In this document: piece after piece, positions 8,801 through 23,047 of the stretch
How positions within the stretch are numbered: the stretch's first letter is position 1
How the letters are laid out: each line of letters starts with the position of its first letter
Assembly (NCBI GenBank): GCA_964016885.1
Contig: OZ024754.1
Location: forward strand, 21,452,001-21,516,000
From: Eledone cirrhosa
Taxonomy: Eukaryota
DNA length: 64,000 nt
Direction of reading: 5' to 3'
The notes under the pieces: model-generated
What the model saw: only the letters and a program-made list of their open reading frames with translations
Databases searched by the model: none
Told to the model about the DNA's origin: nothing
Made by a program: the position numbers and the translations under genes

Positions 8801-10974
8801 TTAACTAGTTTTAATAAATTGTCTAGATGTTAAGTATATACTATATTAACTACAGTTTTAATAAATTGTCTAGATGTTAAGTATATACTATATTAACTAC
8901 AGTTTTAATAAATTATCTAGATGTTAAGTATATACTATATTAACTACAGTTTTAATAAATTGTCTAGATGTTAAGTATATCCTATATTAACTAGTTTTAA
9001 TAAATTGTCTAGATGTTAAGTATATACTCTATTAACCACAGTTTTAATAAATTGTCTAGATATTAAGTATATACTATATTAACTACAGTTTTAACAAATT
9101 ATCTAGATGTTAAGTATATACTATATTAACTAGGTTTAATAAATTGTCTAGATGTTAAGTATATACTATATTAACTAGTTTTAATAAATTGTCTAGATAT
9201 TAAGTATATACTATATTAACTACAGTTTTAATAAATTGTCTAGATGTTAAGTATATACTATATTAACTACAGTTTTAATAAATTGTCTAGATGTTAAGTA
9301 TATACTATATTAACTACAGTTTTAATAAATTGTCTAGATGTTAAGTATATACAATATTAACTACAGTTTTAATAAATTGTCTAGATGTTAAGTATATACT
9401 ATATTAACTAGTTTTAATAAATTGTCTAGATGTTGAGTATATACTCTATTAACCACAGTTTTAATAAATTGTCTAGATGTTAAGTATATACTATATTAAC
9501 TAGTTTTAATAAATTGTCTAGATGTTAAGTATATACTATATTAACTAGTTTTAATAAATTGTCTAGATGTTAAGTATATACTATATTAACTAGTTTTAAT
9601 AAATTGTCTAGATGTTAAGTAAATACTATATTAACTACAGTTTTAATAAATTGTCTAAATGTTAAGTATATACTATATTAACTACAGTTTAAATAAATTG
9701 TCTAGATGTTAAGTATATACTATATTAACTACAGTTTTAATAAATTGTCTAGATGTTAAGTATATACTCTATTAACCACAGTTTTAATAAATTGTCTAGA
9801 TGTTAAGTATATACTATATTAACTACAGTTTTAATAAATTGTCTAAATGTTAAGTATATACTATATTAACTACAGTTTAAATAAATTGTCTAGATGTTAA
9901 GTATATACTATATTAACTACAGTTTTAATAAATTGTCTAGATGTTAAGTATATACTATATTAACTACAGTTTTAATAAATTGTCTAGATGTTAAGTATAT
10001 ACTATATTAACTACAGTTTTAATAAATTGTTTAAATGTTAAGTATATACTATATTAACTACAGTTTAAATAAATTGTCTAGATGTTAAGTATATACTATA
10101 TTAACTACAGTTTTAATAAATTGTCTAGATGTTAAGTATATACTATATTAACTCCAGTTTTAATAAATTGTCTAGATGTTAAGTATATACTATATTAACT
10201 ACAGTTTTAATAAATTGTCTAGATGTTAAGTATATACTATATTAACTACAGTTTTAATAAATTGTCTCGATGTTAAGTATATACTATATTAACTAGTTTT
10301 AATAAATTGTCTAGATGTTAAGTATATACTATATTAACTGCAGTTTTAATAAATTGTCTAGATGTTAAGTATATACTATATTAACTAGTTTTAATAAATC
10401 GTCTAGATATTAAGTATATACTATATTAACTACAGTTTTAATAAATTATCTAGATGTTAAGTATATACTATATTAACTACAGTTTTAATAAATTGTCTAG
10501 ATGTTAAGTATATACTATATTAACTACAGTTTTAATAAATTATCTAGATGTTAAGTATATACTATATTAACTAGTTTTAATAAATTGTCTAGATGTTAAG
10601 TATATACTATATTAACTAGTTTTAATAAATTGTCTAGATATTAAGTATATACTATATTAACTACAGTTTTAATAAATTGTCTAGATGTTAAGTATATACT
10701 ATATTAACTACAGTTTTAATAAATTGTCTAGATGTTAAGTATATACTATATTAACTAGTTTTAATAAATTGTCTAGATGTTAAGTATATACTCTATTAAC
10801 CACAGTTTTAATAAATTGTCTAGATGTTAAGTATATACTATATTAACTACAGTTTTAATAAATTGTCTAAATGTTAAGTATATACTATATTAACTACAGT
10901 TTTAATAAATTGTCTAAATGTTAAGTATATACTATATTAACTACAGTTTAAATAAATTGTCTAGATGTTAAGTA

Positions 10975-12955
10975 TATAGCGGAGATTACTGGTTATATGA
11001 ATGTAACAAAACGAGACAATGTTTGTGTATATAATATTTAATTAACGGTAGATAGAATACTTGACATGTCAAAGATAGATGTTAGAATGAAACAAAGTTA
11101 GTAGTTACCGTTTTGATTGCCAGGCAAATGCGGCTGGCAGAGGGCGCCTGGCTAAGGCCAGGCGCCTGTTGGCCAAATTAATGGCAGAGCCAAATGAGAA
11201 GACTCTTGACCTGGTGCCGAAAAGGCAAAGAGAGAGAGGAAGCTTAAAGTTGTTAGTTTTATAGGGCTCTCACCGGAAGTTGCAGAAAGGGTTCCACTTC
11301 CCGTCTAGATCCCAATCAAAACAAGGGAGACAACCGCTACATAACCTCCCGCCAGAATTTTAGTGTATAAAAATCGAAATGAAAATATGTAGCAAGTTGG
11401 CGAGAATGTTGTAACAGGCATGAAAATTACGACAAAAGAATGTTTGGAAAAATCAATGATAGATATCAAGGTAGCCAACCGCTCTTGGCCAGAGAACGAC
11501 TGGACATCCATCTATCCATCACCCAAAGATACAATGTAATAAAGTAAAAGTAATAAAAGAGCTCAAAGTTCAAAATATAGTTCACAGGTGTGCAATCACA
11601 TGACAGCGGGAAAGAAAGTGTTCCAGAGAATGAATGCAGGTGGTTTCTGTTCTGTGGTATATCGTGAAATTTCCAACCTCCGAATGGATTTTCTCACAGG
11701 AAGAGTGCTGCAAAAATAAATTCTCTGGCTTTGGTGAAGCTGTGTTGATGTATTGCTGTTGCTGTTATATTGCTGTTGCTGCTGCTGTTGTCTCGCTGAG
11801 TGAGCGTATTCGGTGTTTAAATTCACAGTAAAAAAATTTTTTTTTAGAAAAAAATGAGTTGCGCAAAGTGCTAGAAATAGCAGCCGAAGTTGATGGTCGA
11901 TGTTGAGAATGCGTTGACCTGGAAGGGTCAAGAGGCCAGCGACCAGAGAAATAAGCATTCTTAATAAATGCGCGGTTATCAACGGTAAATTTACATTGTA
12001 AATTTATAAACCGGCAAATAGAAGAATATAGCTTAAGGCTGAAGAATCCCTGGTGATAAATGGCGTGCGGCTGTCTGTGAGAAGAGACATCTCAGTGAAT
12101 CGAGAATTTATGCTGCCTACACGTGCCAATACAAGGTTGAAAAAAAATATTTCTAACGCGCGAGAAAATGATAGTGCAATTTTGAAAGTGACAATGATGA
12201 AATGTTTTTTAAAGGATATCAAATTTTTTTTTTTTTTTTTTTTTTGCGTTTTGAAAGAGTTCGTTGTAAGAAACGAGAAACATATATATATATCGTGAAA
12301 TGTTTTTTTTTTGTTTTGAAAGTGTTCGTTGTAAGAAACGAGAAACATATATATATATATTGGTGAAATGCGACAGTTAATTGATGCGTGAGAGAAAAAG
12401 TATGTCTGTGCGAATTCCACATGTGCGTGTGTGCGTGTCCTTGAGTATTTTCATAGTTTGTCGCTAAATTTGCTGTGTATTCGTAATGTTACTCACAAAA
12501 CCAGATGTGCTATTTTTTTCTTTTTTTGGGGGGGTGACCACTTATAGCGATGAACGGCTGCGTGTTCGTATCACGTCGGGGTCACCAATATAGCGGAGAT
12601 TACTGGTTATATGAATGTAACAAAACGAGACAATGTTTGTGTATATAATATTTAATTAACGGTAGATAGAATACTTGACATGTCAAAGATAGATGTTAGA
12701 ATGAAACAAAGTTAGTAGTTACCGTTTTGATTGCCAGGCAAATGCGGCTGGCAGAGGGCGCCTGGCTAAGGCCAGGCGCCTGTTGGCCAAATTAATGGCA
12801 GAGCCAAATGAGAAGACTCTTGACCTGGTGCCGAAAAGGCAAAGAGAGAGAGGAAGCTTAAAGTTGTTAGTTTTATAGGGCTCTCACCGGAAGTTGCAGA
12901 AAGGGTTCCACTTCCCGTCTAGATCCCAATCAAAACAAGGGAGACAACCGCTACA
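10975..12955 (-). mobile_element. Non-autonomous LTR retrotransposon, copy 3 (1981 bp)
   Basis: LTRs 10975-11341 and 12589-12955, TSD AGTA. Shorter poly-T and one substitution (AAAGGATATC). Confidence 0.93.
12556..12587 (-). promoter_or_regulatory. Extended tRNA-Trp primer-binding site, copy 3
   Basis: Same 32-nt sequence as 2159-2190. Confidence 0.9.
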
Positions 12956-13624
12956 AGTATATACTATATTAACTACAGTTTTAATAAATTGTCTAGATGT
13001 TAAGTATATACTCTATTAACCACAGTTTTAATAAATTGTCTAGATGTTAAGTATATACTATATTAACTACAGTTTTAATAAATTGTCTAAATGTTAAGTA
13101 TATACTATATTAACTACAGTTTAAATAAATTGTCTAGATGTTAAGTATATACTATATTAACTACAGTTTTAATAAATTGTCTAGATGTTAAGTATATACT
13201 ATATTAACTACAGTTTTAATAAATTGTCTAGATGTTAAGTATATACTATATTAACTACAGTTTTAATAAATTGTTTAAATGTTAAGTATATACTATATTA
13301 ACTACAGTTTAAATAAATTGTCTAGATGTTAAGTATATACTATATTAACTACAGTTTTAATAAATTGTCTAGATGTTAAGTATATACTATATTAACTCCA
13401 GTTTTAATAAATTGTCTAGATGTTAAGTATATACTATATTAACTACAGTTTTAATAAATTGTCTAGATGTTAAGTATATACTATATTAACTACAGTTTTA
13501 ATAAATTGTCTAGATGTTAAGTATATACTATATTAACTACAGTTTTAATAAATTGTCTAGATGTTAAGTATATACTATATTAACTAGTTTTAATAAATTG
13601 TCTAGATGTTAAGTATATACTATA

Positions 13625-14485
13625 CTAGCAGTAAAGCCCGGCGTTGCTCAGGGTCGCTCAGTAGCTGTGTTAAAGTTACAATGTTAAGTTTCTTTCTTGG
13701 CTTAAAAACTATAGTGTCTACTGTGCAGACTTGCATGTGGTGTTTTTGATTAATATTCCCTCAACCAACAATATGCCTTATGAAGTTAAGAAAACATAAC
13801 GATAACCCGAATGTTATAACAAAAGAGGATGCTGGGGATAGAAACTGCACTGGTTATTTATTAACAAAGATCGAAAATGTAAACACTGCAACGCAGAGAA
13901 AAACATTAACGTAACCAAATTATCAGTTATGTCTGTCTGCACGCCTATATCACCTCTCTGCACGACTGTCTGTCTGCACGCCTATATCACCTCTCTGCAC
14001 GACTGTCTGTCTGCACGCGTATATCACCTCTCTGCACGACTGTCTGTCTGCACGCCTAACGACGAAATATTTGCTTGTTTTACGTAGTCTTTAAATAGAC
14101 TTGTTTTCAAGTAAAAATATTGTTTTAAGATGCTTTTAAATGGAAATGAAGCAAAACGGAAGCTTAGTGTTCGAACTGATGAATTTTGGAGGTCAATATT
14201 TTGCTGGCTCGACAACTGTTAAAGCCAGCGTAATTTTTCACGTAAGACGCTCAATGTAAACAAAACAAAGGGAAATAACTGATAACTTACGCTCAAAAAT
14301 CGATACATTATATTCGATTTCGTCACATAGGGTGGGTCAATTTGAAATTTTTTTTTTCCGATTTCTTCGCTAGGGCTCAATGTACAAGTATAGCAATTTC
14401 GGTGCAATTCCGTGAGAGATTCTAAGAGGAGATGTGTGCCAAAAATCGATAGACAGACAGACAACCACAGTTTTATATATATAGA
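13625..14485 (-). mobile_element. Non-autonomous Helitron, copy 2 (861 bp)
   Basis: Identical by eye to copy 1, with the same A|T insertion site. Confidence 0.9.
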
Positions 14486-17400
14486 TTAACTAGTTTTAAT
14501 AAATTGTCTAGATGTTAAGTATATACTATATTAACTACAGTTTTAATAAATTGTCTAGATGTTAAGTATATACTATATTAACTACAGTTTTAATAAATTA
14601 TCTAGATGTTAAGTATATACTATATTAACTACAGTTTTAATAAATTGTCTAGATGTTAAGTATATCCTATATTAACTAGTTTTAATAAATTGTCTAGATG
14701 TTAAGTATATACTCTATTAACCACAGTTTTAATAAATTGTCTAGATATTAAGTATATACTATATTAACTACAGTTTTAACAAATTATCTAGATGTTAAGT
14801 ATATACTATATTAACTAGGTTTAATAAATTGTCTAGATGTTAAGTATATACTATATTAACTAGTTTTAATAAATTGTCTAGATATTAAGTATATACTATA
14901 TTAACTACAGTTTTAATAAATTGTCTAGATGTTAAGTATATACTATATTAACTACAGTTTTAATAAATTGTCTAGATGTTAAGTATATACTATATTAACT
15001 ACAGTTTTAATAAATTGTCTAGATGTTAAGTATATACAATATTAACTACAGTTTTAATAAATTGTCTAGATGTTAAGTATATACTATATTAACTAGTTTT
15101 AATAAATTGTCTAGATGTTGAGTATATACTCTATTAACCACAGTTTTAATAAATTGTCTAGATGTTAAGTATATACTATATTAACTAGTTTTAATAAATT
15201 GTCTAGATGTTAAGTATATACTATATTAACTAGTTTTAATAAATTGTCTAGATGTTAAGTATATACTATATTAACTAGTTTTAATAAATTGTCTAGATGT
15301 TAAGTAAATACTATATTAACTACAGTTTTAATAAATTGTCTAAATGTTAAGTATATACTATATTAACTACAGTTTAAATAAATTGTCTAGATGTTAAGTA
15401 TATACTATATTAACTACAGTTTTAATAAATTGTCTAGATGTTAAGTATATACTCTATTAACCACAGTTTTAATAAATTGTCTAGATGTTAAGTATATACT
15501 ATATTAACTACAGTTTTAATAAATTGTCTAAATGTTAAGTATATACTATATTAACTACAGTTTAAATAAATTGTCTAGATGTTAAGTATATACTATATTA
15601 ACTACAGTTTTAATAAATTGTCTAGATGTTAAGTATATACTATATTAACTACAGTTTTAATAAATTGTCTAGATGTTAAGTATATACTATATTAACTACA
15701 GTTTTAATAAATTGTTTAAATGTTAAGTATATACTATATTAACTACAGTTTAAATAAATTGTCTAGATGTTAAGTATATACTATATTAACTACAGTTTTA
15801 ATAAATTGTCTAGATGTTAAGTATATACTATATTAACTCCAGTTTTAATAAATTGTCTAGATGTTAAGTATATACTATATTAACTACAGTTTTAATAAAT
15901 TGTCTAGATGTTAAGTATATACTATATTAACTACAGTTTTAATAAATTGTCTCGATGTTAAGTATATACTATATTAACTAGTTTTAATAAATTGTCTAGA
16001 TGTTAAGTATATACTATATTAACTGCAGTTTTAATAAATTGTCTAGATGTTAAGTATATACTATATTAACTAGTTTTAATAAATCGTCTAGATATTAAGT
16101 ATATACTATATTAACTACAGTTTTAATAAATTATCTAGATGTTAAGTATATACTATATTAACTACAGTTTTAATAAATTGTCTAGATGTTAAGTATATAC
16201 TATATTAACTACAGTTTTAATAAATTATCTAGATGTTAAGTATATACTATATTAACTAGTTTTAATAAATTGTCTAGATGTTAAGTATATACTATATTAA
16301 CTAGTTTTAATAAATTGTCTAGATATTAAGTATATACTATATTAACTACAGTTTTAATAAATTGTCTAGATGTTAAGTATATACTATATTAACTACAGTT
16401 TTAATAAATTGTCTAGATGTTAAGTATATACTATATTAACTAGTTTTAATAAATTGTCTAGATGTTAAGTATATACTCTATTAACCACAGTTTTAATAAA
16501 TTGTCTAGATGTTAAGTATATACTATATTAACTACAGTTTTAATAAATTGTCTAAATGTTAAGTATATACTATATTAACTACAGTTTAAATAAATTGTCT
16601 AGATGTTAAGTATATACTATATTAACTACAGTTTTAATAAATTGTCTAGATGTTAAGTATATACTATATTAACTACAGTTTTAATAAATTGTCTAGATGT
16701 TAAGTATATACTATATTAACTACAGTTTTAATAAATTGTCTAAATGTTAAGTATATACTATATTAACTACAGTTTAAATAAATTGTCTAGATGTTAAGTA
16801 TATACTATATTAACTACAGTTTTAATAAATTGTCTAGATGTTAAGTATATACTATATTAACTCCAGTTTTAATAAATTGTCTAGATGTTAAGTATATACT
16901 ATATTAACTACAGTTTTAATAAATTGTCTAGATGTTAAGTATATACTATATTAACTTCAGTTTTAATAAATTGTCTAGATGTTAAGTATATACTATATTA
17001 ACTAGTTTTAATAAATTGTCTAGATGTTAAGTATATACTATATTAACTACGGTTTTAATAGATTGTCTAGATGTTAAATATATACTATATTAACTACAGT
17101 TTTAATAAATTGCCTAAATGTTAGGTATATACTATATTAACTACAGTTTAAATAAATTGTCTAGATGTTAAGTATATACTATATTAACTACAGTTTTAAT
17201 AAATTGTCTAGATGTTAAGTATATACTATATTAACTACAGTTTTAATAAATTGTCTAGATGTTAAGTATATACTATATTAACTACAGTTTTAATAAATTG
17301 TCTAGATGTTCAGTATATACTATATTAACTACAGTTTTAATAAATTGTCTAGATGTTAAGTATATACTATATTAACTACAGTTTTAATAAATTGTCTAGA

Positions 17401-18256
17401 TGTTAAGTATATACTATATTAACTACAGTTTTAATAAATTGTCTAGATGTTAAGTATATACTATATTAACTACAGTTTTAATAAATTGTCTAGATGTTAA
17501 GTATATACTATATTAACTACAGTTTTAATAAATTGTCTAGATGTTAAGTATATACTATATTAACTAGTTTTAATAAATTGTCTAGATGTTAAGTATATAC
17601 TATATTAACTACAGTTTTAATAAATTGTCTAGATGTTAAGTATATACTATATTAACTACAGTTTTAATAAATTGTCTAAATGTTAAGTATATACTATATT
17701 AACTACAGTTTAAATAAATTGTCTAGATGTTAAGTATATACTATATTAACTACATTTTTAATAAATTGTCTAGATGTTAAGTATATACTATATTAACTAC
17801 AGTTTTAATAAATTGTCTAGATGTTAAGTATATACTATATTAACTACAGTTTTAATAAATTGTCTAGATGTTAAGTATATACTATATTAACTACAGTTTT
17901 AATAAATTGTCTAGATGTTAAGTATATACTATATTAACTACAGTTTTAATAAATTGTCTAGATGTTAAGTATATACTATATTAACTAGTTTTAATAAATT
18001 GTCTAGATGTTAAGTATATACTCTATTAACCACAGTTTTAATAAATTGTCTAGATGTTAAGTATATACTATATTAACTAGTTTTAATAAATTGTCTAGAT
18101 GTTAAGTATATACTATATTAACTACAGTTTTAATAAATTGTCTAGATGTTAAGTATATACTATATTAACTACAGTTTTAATATATTGTCTAGATGTTAAG
18201 TATATACTATATTAACTAGTTTTAATAAATTGTCTAGATGTTAAGTATATACTATA

Positions 18257-19133
18257 CTAGCAGTAAAGCCCGGCGTTGCTCGGGGTCGCTCAGTAGCTGT
18301 GTTAAAGTTACAATGTTAAGTTTCTTTCTTGGCTTAAAAACTGTAGTGTCTACTGTGCCGACTTGCATGTGGTGTTTTTGATTAATATTCCCTCAACCAA
18401 CAATATGCCTTATGAAGTTAAGAAAACATAACGATAACCCGAATGTTATAACAAAAGAGGATGCTGGGGATAGAAACTGCACTGGTTATTTATTAACAAA
18501 GATCGAAAATGTAAACACTGCAACGCAGAGAAAAACATTAACGTAACCAAATTATCAGTTATGTCTGTCTGCACGCCTATATCACCTCTCTGCACGACTG
18601 TCTGTCTGCACGCCTATATCACCTCTCTGCACGACTGTCTGTCTGCACGCGTATATCACCTCTCTGCACGACTGTCTGTCTGCACGACTGTCTGTCTGCA
18701 CGCCTAACGACGAAATATTTGCTTGTTTTACGTAGTCTTTAAATAGACTTGTTTTCAAGTAAAAATATTGTTTTAAGATGCTTTTAAATGGAAATGAAGC
18801 AAAACGGAAGCTTAGTGTTCGAACTGATGAATTTTGGAGGTCAATATTTTGCTGGCTCGACAACTGTTAAAGCCAGCGTAATTTTTTACGTAAGACGCTC
18901 AATGTAAACAGAACAAAGGGAAATAACTGATAACTTACGCTCAAAAATCGATACATTATATTCGATTTCGTCACATAGGGTGGGTCAATTTGAAATTTTT
19001 TTTTTCCGATTTCTTCGCTAGGGCTCAATGTACAAGTATAGCAATTTCGGTGCAATTCCGTGAGAGATTCTAAGAGGAGATGTGTGCCAAAAATCGATAG
19101 ACAGACAGACAACCACAGTTTTATATATATAGA
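18257..19133 (-). mobile_element. Non-autonomous Helitron, copy 3 (877 bp)
   Basis: Same termini and site. Better-paired hairpin CCCGGCGTTGCTCGGG, extra 16-bp subunit, private SNP GTGCCGAC. Confidence 0.9.
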
Positions 19134-22100
19134 TTAACTAGTTTTAATAAATTGTCTAGATGTTAAGTATATACTATATTAACTACAGTTTTAATAAATT
19201 GTCTAGATGTTAAGTATATACTATATTAACTACAGTTTTAATAAATTATCTAGATGTTAAGTATATACTATATTAACTACAGTTTTAATAAATTGTCTAG
19301 ATGTTAAGTATATCCTATATTAACTAGTTTTAATAAATTGTCTAGATGTTAAGTATATACTCTATTAACCACAGTTTTAATAAATTGTCTAGATATTAAG
19401 TATATACTATATTAACTACAGTTTTAATAAATTGTCTAAATGTTAAGTATATACTATATTAACTACAGTTTTAATAAATTGTCTAGATGTTAAGTATATA
19501 CTATATTAACTACAGTTTTAATAAATTATCTAGATGTTAAGTATATACTATATTAACTACAGTTTTAATAAATTGTCTAGATGTTAAGTATATCCTATAT
19601 TAACTAGTTTTAATAAATTGTCTAGATGTTAAGTATATACTCTATTAACCACAGTTTTAATAAATTGTCTAGATATTAAGTATATACTATATTAACTACA
19701 GTTTTAATAAATTGTCTAAATGTTAAGTATATACTATATTAACTACAGTTTTAATAAATTGTCTAGATGTTAAGTATATACTATATTAACTACAGTTTTA
19801 ATAAATTGTCTAGATGTTAAGTATATACTCTATTAACCACAGTTTTAATAAATTGTCTAGATGTTAAGTATATACTATATTAACTACAGTTTTAATAAAT
19901 TGTCTAGATGTTAAGTATATACTATATTAACTACAGTTTTAATAAATTGTCTAGATGTTAAGTATATACTATATTAACTAGTTTTAATAAATTGTCTAGA
20001 TGTTAAGTATATACTCTATTAACCACAGTTTTAATAAATTGTCTAGATGTTAAGTATATACTATATTAACTACAGTTTTAATAAATTGTCTAAATGTTAA
20101 GTATATACTATATTAACTACAGTTTAAATAAATTGTCTAGATGTTAAGTATATACTATATTAACTACAGTTTTAATAAATTGTCTAGATGTTAAGTATAT
20201 ACTATATTAACTACAGTTTTAATAAATTGTCTAGATGTTAAGTATATACTATATTAACTACAGTTTTAATAAATTGTCTAAATGTTAAGTATATACTATA
20301 TTAACTACAGTTTAAATAAATTGTCTAGATGTTAAGTATATACTATATTAACTACAGTTTTAATAAATTGTCTAGATGTTAAGTATATACTATATTAACT
20401 ACAGTTTTAATAAATTGTCTAGATGTTAAGTATATACTATATTAACTAGTTTTAATAAATTGTCTAGATGTTAAGTATATACTCTATTAACCACAGTTTT
20501 AATAAATTGTCTAGATGTTAAGTATATACTATATTAACTACAGTTTTAATAAATTGTCTAAATGTTAAGTATATACTATATTAACTACAGTTTAAATAAA
20601 TTGTCTAGATGTTAAGTATATACTATATTAACTACAGTTTTAATAAATTGTCTAGATGTTAAGTATATACTATATTAACTACAGTTTTAATAAATTGTCT
20701 AGATGTTAAGTATATACTATATTAACTACAGTTTTAATAAATTGTCTAAATGTTAAGTATATACTATATTAACTACAGTTTAAATAAATTGTCTAGATGT
20801 TAAGTATATACTATATTAACTACAGTTTTAATAAATTGTCTAGATGTTAAGTATATACTATATTAACTCCAGTTTTAATAAATTGTCTAGATGTTAAGTA
20901 TATACTATATTAACTACAGTTTTAATAAATTGTCTAGATGTTAAGTATATACTATATTAACTTCAGTTTTAATAAATTGTCTAGATGTTAAGTATATACT
21001 ATATTAACTAGTTTTAATAAATTGTCTAGATGTTAAGTATATACTATATTAACTACGGTTTTAATAGATTGTCTAGATGTTAAATATATACTATATTAAC
21101 TACAGTTTTAATAAATTGCCTAAATGTTAGGTATATACTATATTAACTACAGTTTAAATAAATTGTCTAGATGTTAAGTATATACTATATTAACTACAGT
21201 TTTAATAAATTGTCTAGATGTTAAGTATATACTATATTAACTACAGTTTTAATAAATTGTCTAGATGTTAAGTATATACTATATTAACTACAGTTTTAAT
21301 AAATTGTCTAGATGTTCAGTATATACTATATTAACTACAGTTTTAATAAATTGTCTAGATGTTAAGTATATACTATATTAACTACAGTTTTAATAAATTG
21401 TCTAGATGTTAAGTATATACTATATTAACTACAGTTTTAATAAATTGTCTAGATGTTAAGTATATACTATATTAACTACAGTTTTAATAAATTGTCTAGA
21501 TGTTAAGTATATACTATATTAACTACAGTTTTAATAAATTGTCTAGATGTTAAGTATATACTATATTAACTAGTTTTAATAAATTGTCTAGATGTTAAGT
21601 ATATACTATATTAACTACAGTTTTAATAAATTGTCTAGATGTTAAGTATATACTATATTAACTACAGTTTTAATAAATTGTCTAAATGTTAAGTATATAC
21701 TATATTAACTACAGTTTAAATAAATTGTCTAGATGTTAAGTATATACTATATTAACTACATTTTTAATAAATTGTCTAGATGTTAAGTATATACTATATT
21801 AACTACAGTTTTAATAAATTGTCTAGATGTTAAGTATATACTATATTAACTACAGTTTTAATAAATTGTCTAGATGTTAAGTATATACTATATTAACTAC
21901 AGTTTTAATAAATTGTCTAGATGTTAAGTATATACTATATTAACTACAGTTTTAATAAATTGTCTAGATGTTAAGTATATACTATATTAACTAGTTTTAA
22001 TAAATTGTCTAGATGTTAAGTATATACTCTATTAACCACAGTTTTAATAAATTGTCTAGATGTTAAGTATATACTATATTAACTAGTTTTAATAAATTGT

Positions 22101-22170
22101 CTAGATGTTAAGTATATACTATATTAACTACAGTTTTAATAAATTGTCTAGATGTTAAGTATATACTATA

Positions 22171-23047
22171 CTAGCAGTAAAGCCCGGCGTTGCTCGGGGT
22201 CGCTCAGTAGCTGTGTTAAAGTTACAATGTTAAGTTTCTTTCTTGGCTTAAAAACTGTAGTGTCTACTGTGCAGACTTGCATGTGGTGTTTTTGATTAAT
22301 ATTCCCTCAACCAACAATATGCCTTATGAAGTTAAGAAAACATAACGATAACCCGAATGTTATAACAAAAGAGGATGCTGGGGATAGAAACTGCACTGGT
22401 TATTTATTAACAAAGATCGAAAATGTAAACACTGCAACGCAGAGAAAAACATTAACGTAACCAAATTATCAGTTATGTCTGTCTGCACGCCTATATCACC
22501 TCTCTGCACGACTGTCTGTCTGCACGCCTATATCACCTCTCTGCACGACTGTCTGTCTGCACGCGTATATCACCTCTCTGCACGACTGTCTGTCTGCACG
22601 ACTGTCTGTCTGCACGCCTAACGACGAAATATTTGCTTGTTTTACGTAGTCTTTAAATAGACTTGTTTTCAAGTAAAATTATTGTTTTAAGATGCTTTTA
22701 AATGGAAATGAAGCAAAACGGAAGCTTAGTGTTCGAACTGATGAATTTTGGAGGTCAATATTTTGCTGGCTCGACAACTGTTAAAGCCAGCGTAATTTTT
22801 TACGTAAGACGCTCAATGTAAACAGAACAAAGGGAAATAACTGATAACTTACGCTCAAAAATCGATACATTATATTCGATTTCGTCACATAGGGTGGGTC
22901 AATTTGAAATTTTTTTTTTCCGATTTCTTCGCTAGGGCTCAATGTACAAGTATAGCAATTTCGGTGCAATTCCGTGAGAGATTCTAAGAGGAGATGTGTG
23001 CCAAAAATCGATAGACAGACAGACAACCACAGTTTTATATATATAGA
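22171..23047 (-). mobile_element. Non-autonomous Helitron, copy 4 (877 bp)
   Basis: Same termini and site. Shares SNP GTAAAATTATTG with copy 5. Confidence 0.9.

Larger units (their letters stand above)
5279..16600. repeat. ~5.69-kb tandem duplication (LTR element + satellite + Helitron + satellite) x2
   Basis: LTR copies 2 and 3 are offset 5696 bp and Helitron copies 1 and 2 are offset 5685 bp (the difference equals the poly-T length change). Rare satellite variants (TTAACAAA, TAGGTTT, TACAATAT, GTTGAG, CTCGAT, ATCGTC) occur in the same order. Boundaries approximate. Confidence 0.9.

Noticed and set aside
563-12955. Three independent site-specific LTR insertions
   Set aside because: The same TSD, the same monomer position and shared flanking rare variants are more simply explained by duplication of one insertion.
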